Source of the DNA: Alphaproteobacteria bacterium
GTDB lineage: Bacteria > Pseudomonadota > Alphaproteobacteria > SP197
Direction of reading: 5' to 3'
Assembly: GCA_965200215.1 (NCBI GenBank)
Contig: OZ241369.1
Span: forward strand, 2,121,534-2,185,533
Length of the DNA stretch: 64,000 bases
Below, in pieces: positions 28,458-37,221 of this stretch. Position 1 is the stretch's first letter, and every line of letters begins with the position of its first letter. A program made the position numbers and the translations under genes. The notes under the pieces are model-generated. The model worked only from the letters and a program-made list of their open reading frames with translations, had not been told where the DNA came from and ran no database searches.

Positions 28458-31395
28458 AGCAGCGGCGGCCGGCCGCCTGGCGCCGCCGCGCGGCCTCTGG
28501 ATCGATCGCAGCCGGCCCGTCGCCTTCGCCTTCGACGGCAGGCGCCACAGCGGCTATGCCGGCGATACCGTAACCAGCGCGCTGTGGGCCGAAGGCGTGA
28601 AGGTTCTCTCGCGCTCCTTCAAATACCACCGCCCGCGCGGCACGCTTTCGGCCGCCGGCCACGACGCCAACAGCCTGGTGCAGATCGGCGACGAGGCCAA
28701 TGTCGCCGCCGATACCCGCGCGCTCGAGGAAGGCCTCGTCGTCGAGGCCCAGAACGTCTTCGGCAGCCTGACGCACGACCGCGCCCAGCTGCTGGACCGG
28801 CTGGGCCGCTTCCTGCCCGTCGGCTTCTACTACAAGGCCTTTTTCCGCCCCAGAGGCGCCTGGAAACGGTGGGAGCCAGCCATCCGCCGCCTGGCCGGCC
28901 TGGGCCGGGTCAACACCGCCGGCCGCCACGGCTATTTCGACAAGCAATATCTGTGGGCCGATGTGGCGGTGGTGGGCGGCGGCCCCGCCGGCCTGGCGGC
29001 CGCCCTGGAAGCGGCGGCAAGCGGGGCCGAGGTGATCCTGATCGAGGAGGCCGCGCGGCTGGGCGGTTCGCTCACCTATGCCCGTTTCGATGCCGAAGGC
29101 CGCCGGGGGGCCGGCGAGCGCGCCCGCCTGCTGGAGGCGGTGGCGGCCAGCGGCAACATCCGCGTGCTGGCGGATGCGGTCTGCAACGGCTGGTTCGCCG
29201 ATCACTTCCTGGCCGTGCTGCGGGGAAACCGCATGTTCAAACTGCGCGCCGGGGCGGTGGTGGTGGCGACCGGCAGCTGGGAACAGCCGCTGGTGTTCCG
29301 CAACAACGACCTGCCCGGCGTCATGTACGGCTCGGCCGCGCAGAGGCTCGTCAACCGCTATGGCGTCAGGCCCGGGCGCCGCGCGGTGGTCGCCACCGCC
29401 AATGCCGATGGCTACGCCGCCGCGCTGGACCTGATGGCGGCCGGCGTCGAGATCGCCTGTATCGCCGAGATGGGCGCCGAACTGCCGCGCCACGCCATGG
29501 CGCAGGCCGCGCTGGAACGAGGCATCGCCGTGCGGGTGGGCGCCACGGTGGCCGAAGCCTTCCCCGCTCCCCATCTCGGCGGCGTCGAGGGCGCCAGAGT
29601 GGCCGCCATCGCCGGGCGGGGCCGCACCGCCGGCGGCGGCGAGACCTTCGCCTGCGACACGGTGATCACCTCCGTGGGCTGGCAGCCCGCCGCCAGCCTG
29701 GCCTGGCATGCCGGCGGAGTCGGCCGCTACGACGAAGCCACCGCCATGTTCCGGGTTGGGGGCCTTCCCGCCGGCATGCACGCGGCCGGTTCGGTGGCGG
29801 GCACCTTCGCCCTCGACCGGGTGCTGGAGGAGGGGCGCGCCGCCGGCTGGGCCGCCGCCAGGGATGCCGGTTTCGAGGTGGGCGAGCGCCCGGCCGTCGG
29901 CAACGATCCCGGCGCTTTCGGCCAGAACCACCCCTGGCCCATCTTCGAGCATCCCAAAGGCCGCGATTTCGTCGATTTCGACGAGGATCTCCAGGTTCAC
30001 GACCTGGAAAACGCGGTCGCCGAAGGCTATGCCCATATCGAGCTCATGAAGCGGTTTTCCACCTGCGGCATGGGCCCCAGCCAGGGCCGTCATTCCTGGC
30101 TCAACGCCGTCAGGCTGAACGCCAGAGCCAACGGCATCGGCATCGACGAGGCGGGCCTCACCACCCAGCGCCCGCCCACCACGGCCGAAAAGATCGGCCT
30201 GCTGGCCGGGCGCGGCTTCGAGCCCCGGCGGCTGACCGCCATGCACCATCGCCATATGGAGGCCGGCGCCGTCGCCATGCCCGCCGGCCTGTGGCTGCGC
30301 CCCGAGCATTACGGCGGCCCCGGCCTGGATGCGGCGGCCAGGCTGGCGGCGGTGCATGAGGAAGCCCGCAACGTGCGCGAGAACGTCGGCCTCATCGACG
30401 TCTCCACCCTGGGCGGGATCGAGCTGCGCGGCCCCGATGCCGCCACCATGATGGAGCGCATCTACACCTGGGCCTATCGCCGCCAGCGGGTGGGCCGCGC
30501 CCGCTACACGCTGATGACCGACATGACCGGCGTCATCGCCGACGACGGCGTCGCCTGCCGCCTCCACGACGAGCATTTCTACGTCACCGCCACCACCTCG
30601 GGGGCTGACGCCGTCTATCGCGAGATGCTGTTCTGGAACGCGCAATGGCGGCTGAAGGTGGATGTGACGCATGTCACCGGCGCCTGGGCCGGCGTCAATC
30701 TGGCGGGGCCGAAATCGCGCCGGGTGCTGGCCTCGCTGACCGATGAGGACCTCCCGGCCTTCCCCTATATGGGCGTGCGCGAGGCCGTGGTGGCGGGCAT
30801 CCCCTGCCGCCTGCTGCGGGTGGGTTTCGTGGGCGAGCTGGGCTTCGAGATCCACTGCCCCACCCATTCGGGCGAGGCGCTGTGGGATGCGCTGATGGCC
30901 GCCGGCGCCGATTTCGGCATCCGCCCCTTCGGCCTCGAATGCCAGCGCCTGCTACGCCTGGAAAAGGGCCATATCATCGTCGGCCAGGACACCGACGGCC
31001 TGACCAGCCCGCTGGAGGCCGACATGGAATGGGCGCTGGCCAGAAAACGCCCCTTCTTCGTCGGCAAGCGCTCGATCGAGCTTCGCCGCCCCACCCTCGC
31101 GCGCAAGCTGGTGGGCTTCGAGGTCGAAGGGGCGGGGCCGCTGCCGCGGGAATGCCACCTGGTGATCCGCGATGGCGAGATCGAAGGCCGCGTCACCTCC
31201 TGCAGCTATTCGCCCACCCTGAAGAAGACGATCGGACTGGCCTTCGTCGCCGCCGAAAGGGCCGCCGTCGGCAGCAGCTTCCAGGTGCGGGTGGGCGACG
31301 ACGGCCCCCGCCGGCCCCGGGATGCCGTCATGGTCGACTGCCGGGTGGTGCCGCTGCCCTTCTACGACCCCGACAATGCCCGCCAGGAGCTCTAG
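28441..31395 (+). CDS. soxA: Sarcosine oxidase subunit alpha
   Basis: 984 aa. The N-terminus (ASALWAEGVKVLSRSFKYHRPRG), an NAD/FAD-binding GxGxxG motif (VVGGGPAGLAAA) and a C-terminal aminomethyltransferase (GcvT-like) fold match SoxA. Confidence 0.9.
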   Translation: MAPRPEAAAAGRLAPPRGLWIDRSRPVAFAFDGRRHSGYAGDTVTSALWAEGVKVLSRSFKYHRPRGTLSAAGHDANSLVQIGDEANVAADTRALEEGLVVEAQNVFGSLTHDRAQLLDRLGRFLPVGFYYKAFFRPRGAWKRWEPAIRRLAGLGRVNTAGRHGYFDKQYLWADVAVVGGGPAGLAAALEAAASGAEVILIEEAARLGGSLTYARFDAEGRRGAGERARLLEAVAASGNIRVLADAVCNGWFADHFLAVLRGNRMFKLRAGAVVVATGSWEQPLVFRNNDLPGVMYGSAAQRLVNRYGVRPGRRAVVATANADGYAAALDLMAAGVEIACIAEMGAELPRHAMAQAALERGIAVRVGATVAEAFPAPHLGGVEGARVAAIAGRGRTAGGGETFACDTVITSVGWQPAASLAWHAGGVGRYDEATAMFRVGGLPAGMHAAGSVAGTFALDRVLEEGRAAGWAAARDAGFEVGERPAVGNDPGAFGQNHPWPIFEHPKGRDFVDFDEDLQVHDLENAVAEGYAHIELMKRFSTCGMGPSQGRHSWLNAVRLNARANGIGIDEAGLTTQRPPTTAEKIGLLAGRGFEPRRLTAMHHRHMEAGAVAMPAGLWLRPEHYGGPGLDAAARLAAVHEEARNVRENVGLIDVSTLGGIELRGPDAATMMERIYTWAYRRQRVGRARYTLMTDMTGVIADDGVACRLHDEHFYVTATTSGADAVYREMLFWNAQWRLKVDVTHVTGAWAGVNLAGPKSRRVLASLTDEDLPAFPYMGVREAVVAGIPCRLLRVGFVGELGFEIHCPTHSGEALWDALMAAGADFGIRPFGLECQRLLRLEKGHIIVGQDTDGLTSPLEADMEWALARKRPFFVGKRSIELRRPTLARKLVGFEVEGAGPLPRECHLVIRDGEIEGRVTSCSYSPTLKKTIGLAFVAAERAAVGSSFQVRVGDDGPRRPRDAVMVDCRVVPLPFYDPDNARQEL

Positions 31396-31399
31396 CCCC

Positions 31400-32209
31400 A
31401 TGAACGCGCCGTCTTCGTCTGGCGCTGGCCACGCGGGCGGGAAGCGAGCCTCCCATGGCGCTTGCCACGCAGGCGGGAAGCAAGCCTCCCATGGCGCCTG
31501 CCACGCGAGCGGGAGGCGCTTTGGCCCCGAAGATCGCCTTCGCCGTTCGCCGCTCTATCGCGTCTGCGCCGCACTGGGCGCCCAGTGGGTGGAAGTGGCG
31601 GGCTTCGCCTGCCCGGCCCATTACGGCGATCCCGAAGGCGAGGCCGAAGCCGCGCGGCGCCTCGCCATCGCCGACCTCACCGCCCTGCCCTGCGCCGGCT
31701 GGAAGGGCTGGGATGTGGCCGGCTGGGCCGCCGCCCAGGGCCTCGACCTGCCACCGCCCAACTGCGCCCACCGCCGGGAGGACGGAACCCTGGTCTGCCG
31801 CCTGGCCGAGGGCGAGGCGTTGCTGCTGGCGGGCGACGACGGTGCCGGCGCCACCGTCGACAGCCTCGCCGCCGCCTGGACCATGGCCGGCGCCAGCTGC
31901 TATCCGGTGCCGCGCGCCGACACCAATGCTAGGCTCGCCATCGCGGGCGCGCACGCGGCCGAGGCCATGGCGAAGCTCTGCGGGGTCGACCTGCGCCGCC
32001 ACCGCTTCGCCGATCTCGACATCGCGCAAACCAGCGTCGCCCGCATCAACGCCATCGTTGTGCGCGCCGACCGCAAAGGCGTTCATGCCCTGGATATGGC
32101 GATCGACAGCGCCTCGGCCGTCTATATGTGGGAATGTCTGACCGACGCCATGGCCGAGTTCGAAGGCCGCGTCGTGGGGCTGGAGGCGCTGCGGACGCTG
32201 GCGGCCTGA
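31400..32209 (+). CDS. soxG: Sarcosine oxidase subunit gamma (with an unusual repeat-containing N-terminal extension)
   Basis: SoxG-like region RSPLYRVCAALGAQWVEVAGF... The only in-frame ATG is at 31400, so the protein includes ~45 aa encoded by a 36-nt tandem repeat. It is ~270 aa against ~185-210 typical for SoxG. Confidence 0.75.
   Translation: MNAPSSSGAGHAGGKRASHGACHAGGKQASHGACHASGRRFGPEDRLRRSPLYRVCAALGAQWVEVAGFACPAHYGDPEGEAEAARRLAIADLTALPCAGWKGWDVAGWAAAQGLDLPPPNCAHRREDGTLVCRLAEGEALLLAGDDGAGATVDSLAAAWTMAGASCYPVPRADTNARLAIAGAHAAEAMAKLCGVDLRRHRFADLDIAQTSVARINAIVVRADRKGVHALDMAIDSASAVYMWECLTDAMAEFEGRVVGLEALRTLAA
31429..31520 (+). repeat. 36-nt tandem repeat (~2.5 copies: CCACGCGGGCGGGAAGCGAGCCTCCCATGGCGCTTG / CCACGCAGGCGGGAAGCAAGCCTCCCATGGCGCCTG / partial)
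   Basis: Exact 36-nt period (31429, 31465, 31501). It is in-frame with soxG and encodes HAGGK(R/Q)ASHGAC repeats. Confidence 0.8.
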
Positions 32210-32461
32210 GGGTGACGCGATGAAGCTGGGCCGGTTCTGCGCCATCGCCTGGCGCACCCGCTGCCGTCGCTGTGCGGCGAAGCCGGCCACGAAGCGCCAG
32301 ACGCCCGCTCCACGCTGAAGCGGGCCGCCGCCCGCGCCCGCCCGGCGAGAGAGAAGGACTGCCCCGGGCGCTTCCGCGCCCTGGCGTGCCACGACGAGCG
32401 CCGCATTCATGACCACCAGCTGGAGATTCTGGGTCTCGCCCGCAGCCGACTCGCGTGAGGT

Positions 32462-33364
32462 TCACATGGGGTGAAAGCGGCTTTCCTCGCCCGGCTCGCC
32501 CTCGCAGGCGGCCCGGCCCGTGGCGACCATGTGGACGAGATGGGCCAGCACCGAACGGCGGGCAGCCCCATGCAGGCGAAGGTCGATATCGGCGTAGAGC
32601 CGCTCCACCATCGCCGGCACGGTGGCGATGCCCGCCGCCAGGCAGGCGGCGATCTGCGCTTCGCGCCCCTCGCGATGGGCGATCAGCGCCGCCACATGGG
32701 CGCCGGGATCGGCGATGGCCGGGCCGTGGGTGGGGCGATAGAGCGTCTCGGGGCGCCGCTGCAGCGCCCGCAGGCTGGCCATATAGGCCGCCATGTCGCC
32801 CTCGGGCGGCGAGACGACGGTGGTGGACCAGCCCATGACGTGATCGCCGCTGAAGAGCGTCGCCTCCTCCCGGAGCGCGAAGCAGAGATGGTTCGCCATG
32901 TGGCCGGGGGTGAAGACCGCCTCCAGCGTCCAGCCGCCCCCGGCCACGACCTCGCCATGGGCGAGCCTGCGGTCGGGGCGAAACGCCACGTCCACCCCTT
33001 CTTCGACCGCCGCACCTCCCCCGTCCGCCGCTTCCGCCCCGCCGCCGGCGTGGGGACCGAAGGCCCAGATGTCGGCGCCGGTGGCTTCCTTCAGCAGGCG
33101 GGCGGCGGGCGAATGGTCGCTGTGGTTGTGGGTGACGAACTGGTGGGTGATCGTCTCGCCCCTGGTGGCGGCGAGCAGGGCGTCGATGTGGTGTGCCAGG
33201 GCCGGGCCGGCGTCGATCACCGCCACCTCGCCCCGCCCGACGATGAAGGTGCCGGTGCCGCGATAGGTGAAGGCGGAAGGGTTCGGCGCCACCACCCGGC
33301 GCACCAGCGGCGACAAGGTCGTGGCGGCGCCGTAGGGGGGCGCATCTTCGTGAAGAAACCTCAT
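32462..33364 (-). CDS. MBL-fold metallo-hydrolase (glyoxalase II-like)
   Basis: Carries the HxHxDH motif (THNHSDH) and downstream His ligands. The start is taken at the second Met (MRFLHED...) so that it abuts the upstream gene; the track ORF runs to 33400. Confidence 0.8.
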   Translation of the reverse strand: MRFLHEDAPPYGAATTLSPLVRRVVAPNPSAFTYRGTGTFIVGRGEVAVIDAGPALAHHIDALLAATRGETITHQFVTHNHSDHSPAARLLKEATGADIWAFGPHAGGGAEAADGGGAAVEEGVDVAFRPDRRLAHGEVVAGGGWTLEAVFTPGHMANHLCFALREEATLFSGDHVMGWSTTVVSPPEGDMAAYMASLRALQRRPETLYRPTHGPAIADPGAHVAALIAHREGREAQIAACLAAGIATVPAMVERLYADIDLRLHGAARRSVLAHLVHMVATGRAACEGEPGEESRFHPM

Positions 33365-34020
33365 GGGCGGCCGGGGTTTCGCCGGATCGTTCGGCGGCAT
33401 CCGTCGGCCCCGCGTTCCTCGACACGGGTGACGTGGCAGCGAAGATCGGGGGCCGAATGCTTCACGGCCAGCTCTGCGACGTTCCCTTTCCGCCCGGGCT
33501 CAATTGGCTCCTCGCCGATGCGGTAAAAGGTGTTCCAACCCCGATGCGCGGGCTTGCGCCTTGTGTTGCCGCTGTCGATGGGCGAGGGAAAGGCACCGTC
33601 TTCGCGCGCTTCAAGCAAGTTCCTTGTGCGCACAACCAAAACCATATGGCGTTCGCCTTTGTAAGCGCCCAACACGCTCTTAAGCCCTTTCCCGGTTGGC
33701 CAGAAGAACACCATGGAGTTGAGAATTTTGGACCAGTCGCCCGGCTTCATGTCGTCGGGCAACGCCTTGCGCGAGGCCACGTCGCTCACCGGCTTCTGGT
33801 CGCGTATGGCAGCAACGCCATGCTTCGGGTGGCATAGTGTCACCGGCTTGGGGCGATGGCGGCTTGCAATCTTCTTTCTCTCGCATCCACGGACTTCGAA
33901 GCGGTCGGGCAGGGTGGAGGTGCCGAGAAGTCCGTGACGGCGGATCGACGGCCGGCTTGCTGCTGCCATGTGAAAGAGCTTCGGATGCAACTCCGCCAGT
34001 TTTTCCGCCGTGACCGCCAT
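33361..34020 (-). CDS. Hypothetical protein, 219 aa, in a low-GC island
   Basis: The ORF spans a ~560-nt stretch of visibly lower GC (~58% against ~70% flanking). I recognise no family. A shorter start (MAAASRPS..., ~33969) is possible. Confidence 0.5.
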   Translation of the reverse strand: MAVTAEKLAELHPKLFHMAAASRPSIRRHGLLGTSTLPDRFEVRGCERKKIASRHRPKPVTLCHPKHGVAAIRDQKPVSDVASRKALPDDMKPGDWSKILNSMVFFWPTGKGLKSVLGAYKGERHMVLVVRTRNLLEAREDGAFPSPIDSGNTRRKPAHRGWNTFYRIGEEPIEPGRKGNVAELAVKHSAPDLRCHVTRVEERGADGCRRTIRRNPGRP

Positions 34021-34127
34021 CGCCGCCGCGCCCGCTCAGCGGCGGGCTGCGCCGTCGACCCGCATCTCGGCGCAGGCGGCCAGCGCCAGGACACCGGCGG
34101 CGGCCAGGGCGCGCCGTCGCCCCGCCC

Positions 34128-34904
34128 TCACGGGCCGGGCCACAGCGGGCGGCGTTTTTCTAGGAAGGCGCCGATCCCCTCGGCCGCGTCGGGGGCCGCC
34201 ATGTTCTCCGCCATGGCGCGGGAGGCGCAGGCATAGGCCTCGTCCAGGGGCATCGTCAGCTGGCGGTGGAAGATGTCCTTGCCGACGGCGATGGCGGCGG
34301 GCGACTTGGCGGCGACCTTGTCCGCCAGGGCGCGGGTGGCGGCCCCGAGCTCCGCCGCCGGCACCACCCGGTTGACCAGGCCCGTCTCCAGGGCGCGCCG
34401 CGCCGGGACGGCCTCGCCGGTCAGCAGCATCTCCAGGGCGTGGCGTGGCGCGATGGCGCGGGCCAGCGCCACCGCCGGCGTCGAGCAGAAAAGCCCGATA
34501 TCGACGCCGGGGGTGGCGAAACGCGCTTCCTCGCAGGCCACCGCCAGGTCGCAGCTCGCCACCAGCTGGCAGCCGGCGGCGCTGGCCGGGCCGTTGACGC
34601 TGGCGATCGTCGGCTTGGGCAGGCGGGCGATGGTCGTCATCAGCCGGCTGCAACGCGCGAAGAAGGCCTCCCGCCGGCCGGCGGGCGCGGCGACGAGTTC
34701 CTCCAGGTCGTGCCCCGAACAGAAGGCGCCGCCGGCCCCGGTGACGGTCACGGCGCGGATGGCGGCATCCGAGGCGATGGCGTCGAACGCCTCCTGCAGC
34801 GCCGCCAGCAGCGCCAGCGACAGCGCGTTGCGCCGTTCGGGGCGGTTGAGCGTCAGCGCGGCGACGGGGCCTTCGTCGCGGCGCAGCAGCGAGGGCGCGT
34901 CCAT
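34128..34904 (-). CDS. Enoyl-CoA hydratase/isomerase family protein
   Basis: Crotonase signature (VTGAGGAFCSGHDL, ASVNGPASAAGCQLVASCD). The start may be at 34919. Confidence 0.85.
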   Translation of the reverse strand: MDAPSLLRRDEGPVAALTLNRPERRNALSLALLAALQEAFDAIASDAAIRAVTVTGAGGAFCSGHDLEELVAAPAGRREAFFARCSRLMTTIARLPKPTIASVNGPASAAGCQLVASCDLAVACEEARFATPGVDIGLFCSTPAVALARAIAPRHALEMLLTGEAVPARRALETGLVNRVVPAAELGAATRALADKVAAKSPAAIAVGKDIFHRQLTMPLDEAYACASRAMAENMAAPDAAEGIGAFLEKRRPLWPGP

Positions 34905-35062
34905 GGCCCATCCTGCCACCCGGCAGGGCGGGCCGCAAGGCGCGGCCGGGCGCTTCGCCCCGCGCGGCGGCTGGCGGGCGGCGTGAAGGCGATTGACTCC
35001 CGCCCGCCGCCGTGACAGTTTCCCCGCCCTTCGATGGCGGCGGGGAACGCCGGGGAGATGCC

Positions 35063-35527
35063 ATGAAGACCTATGCTGCCAGGGCCGCCGACATCGAGCG
35101 CCAGTGGTATCTGGTGGACGCCCGCGATCTGGTGCTGGGACGCATGGCCGTGGAGATCGCCGACCTCCTGCGCGGCAAGCACAAGCCGGCCTTCACGCCC
35201 CATGTCGATTGCGGCGATTTCGTCGTGGTCGTCAACGCCGAAAAGGTCCATCTCACCGGCAACAAGCGCCGCGACGAAAGCTTCCACTGGCATACCGGCT
35301 GGCCGGGCGGCATCCGCGGCCAGACCCTGGGCCAGCGCCTGGACGGCAAACACCCCGAACGGGTGGTGGTGAAGGCGGTGGAGCGGATGATCACCCGCAA
35401 TCCGCTGGGCCAGCGCGTGATGACGAAGCTGAAGGTCTATGCCGGGCCGGACCACCCCCATGCCGCCCAGCAGCCGCAGCCGCTGGACCTGGGCGCGCGC
35501 AACCGCAAGAACAGAAAGGCCGCGTGA
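35063..35527 (+). CDS. rplM: 50S ribosomal protein L13
   Basis: [20 protein letters not shown]...; 154 aa; immediately upstream of rpsI. Confidence 0.95.
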   Translation: MKTYAARAADIERQWYLVDARDLVLGRMAVEIADLLRGKHKPAFTPHVDCGDFVVVVNAEKVHLTGNKRRDESFHWHTGWPGGIRGQTLGQRLDGKHPERVVVKAVERMITRNPLGQRVMTKLKVYAGPDHPHAAQQPQPLDLGARNRKNRKAA

Positions 35528-35531
35528 AGCC

Positions 35532-36008
35532 ATGGCCGCCTCGACGGACGCCCTCCCCGAAACCGCACCGCCGCCCGCCGAGGCGCCGGAAGCCGCCCTG
35601 CCCGAACCGCAGATCGACACCCAGGGCCGCGCCTATGCCACCGGCAAGCGCAAGAACGCCATCGCCCGCGTGTGGCTGAAGCGGGGCGCCGGCCGCATCC
35701 GCATCAACGGCCGTTCCTTGGAGGAGTATTTCACCCGCGGCACCTGGCGCCTGATCCTGGGCCAGCCCTTCCAGGTGGCCGACCGCACCGGCCAGTATGA
35801 CGTGACGTGCACGGTGAAGGGCGGCGGCCTTTCCGGCCAGGCGGGCGCGGTGCGCCACGGCCTTTCCAGGGCGCTGGCGCTCTACGAGCCGGCGCTGCGC
35901 AAGACCCTGAAGGGCCACGGCTTCCTCACCCGCGATCCGCGCGTGGTGGAGCGCAAGAAATACGGCCGCCGCAAGGCGCGACGCAGCTTCCAGTTCTCGA
36001 AACGCTGA
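35532..36008 (+). CDS. rpsI: 30S ribosomal protein S9
   Basis: Conserved C-terminal region [19 protein letters not shown]...[18 protein letters not shown]. Confidence 0.95.
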   Translation: MAASTDALPETAPPPAEAPEAALPEPQIDTQGRAYATGKRKNAIARVWLKRGAGRIRINGRSLEEYFTRGTWRLILGQPFQVADRTGQYDVTCTVKGGGLSGQAGAVRHGLSRALALYEPALRKTLKGHGFLTRDPRVVERKKYGRRKARRSFQFSKR

Positions 36009-36036
36009 CGCCCCTCCCGCCCGGCTGCCACGCCTT

Positions 36037-36153
36037 CGTGCAGCGCGGGGAGGTGCCGATTGGCCTTGCGCGGCACGGGGGCGTGCTGATTCATTTTGTG
36101 CAGCACGGGGACGCGCCGATTCGTTTTGTGCAGCACGGGGGCGTGCTGCCGGG
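36037..36153. repeat. REP-like tandem palindromic element, ~4 copies, in inverse orientation relative to the pst-locus copies (core CAGCACGGGGGCGTGCTG)
   Basis: Lies in the rpsI-argC intergenic region. The units TGTGCAGCACGGGGGCGTGCTGATTCATTT are the reverse complement of the 25226 and 26037 family. Confidence 0.7.
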
Positions 36154-36164
36154 AGACAGGAGCG

Positions 36165-37208
36165 ATGGCCACCGGACTTGCGGTCGCGGTGCTGGGTGCC
36201 AGCGGCTATACCGGTGCCGAATTGCTGCGGCTGACGGCGGGCCATGACGGCCTGCGCATCGCCGCGCTGACGGCCGAACGCCGCGCCGGCCGGCCGCTGG
36301 CGGCGGTGCATCCCCATCTCGCCCATCTCGGCCTGCCGGACCTGGTGGCCGCCGGCGACGTCGACTGGTCCGCCATCGACGCCGTCTTCTGCTGCCTGCC
36401 CCACGGGGCGGCGCAGGACGCGATCGCCGCGCTCCCCCGCCATCTCAGGATCGTCGATCTCTCGGCCGATTTCCGCCTCGCCGATGCCGGCCTCTATGCC
36501 CGCTGGTACGGCGGCCCGCACCGCGCCCCGGCGCTGCTGGCCGAAGCGGTCTACGGCCTCACCGAGCTGCGGCGCCAGGAGGTGCGAAAGGCGCGGCTGG
36601 TCGCCAATCCGGGCTGCTACACCACGGCGGCGGAGCTGCCGCTCGTCCCCTGCCTGGAAGCGGGCGCGATCTCCGCCGAAGGCATCGTCATCGACGCCAA
36701 ATCGGGCGTCAGCGGGGCGGGGCGCAGGGCCGACGAAGCCGGTCTCCACGCCGAGGTCTCCGAGAGCATCCACGCCTATGGCATCGCCGGCCACCGCCAC
36801 GCACCGGAGATCGAACAGGAGCTCTCGCGGGCCGCCGGGCGGCGCGTCGCGGTCACCTTCACGCCCCATCTGGTGCCCATGAATCGCGGCATCCTGGCCA
36901 CGATCTACGCCGGCCTGGCGGCGGGCGCGGAGGCGGGCGATGTGCGCGAAGCGCTGGCGGCGCGCTATCGGGACGAGCCTTTCGTGCGCGTGCTGCCGCC
37001 GGGCCAGGCGCCGGCGACGCGCCATGTGCGGGGGTCCAATCTCTGCCTCGTCGCCGTCTTCGCCGACCGCATCCCCGGGCGCGTCATCGTGGTCTCGGCT
37101 CTCGACAACCTGGTCAAGGGCGCGGCCGGCCAAGCGTTGCAGAACCTGAACGCGATGGCCGGCTTCGACGAGGGCCGGGGTCTGCCGCGCCTCGCCGTCT
37201 TTCCCTGA
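36165..37208 (+). CDS. argC: N-acetyl-gamma-glutamyl-phosphate reductase
   Basis: N-terminus VAVLGASGYTGAELLRL, with the active-site Cys region (NPGCYTTAAEL). Confidence 0.9.
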   Translation: MATGLAVAVLGASGYTGAELLRLTAGHDGLRIAALTAERRAGRPLAAVHPHLAHLGLPDLVAAGDVDWSAIDAVFCCLPHGAAQDAIAALPRHLRIVDLSADFRLADAGLYARWYGGPHRAPALLAEAVYGLTELRRQEVRKARLVANPGCYTTAAELPLVPCLEAGAISAEGIVIDAKSGVSGAGRRADEAGLHAEVSESIHAYGIAGHRHAPEIEQELSRAAGRRVAVTFTPHLVPMNRGILATIYAGLAAGAEAGDVREALAARYRDEPFVRVLPPGQAPATRHVRGSNLCLVAVFADRIPGRVIVVSALDNLVKGAAGQALQNLNAMAGFDEGRGLPRLAVFP

Positions 37209-37221
37209 TCCTCGGCGCTGG

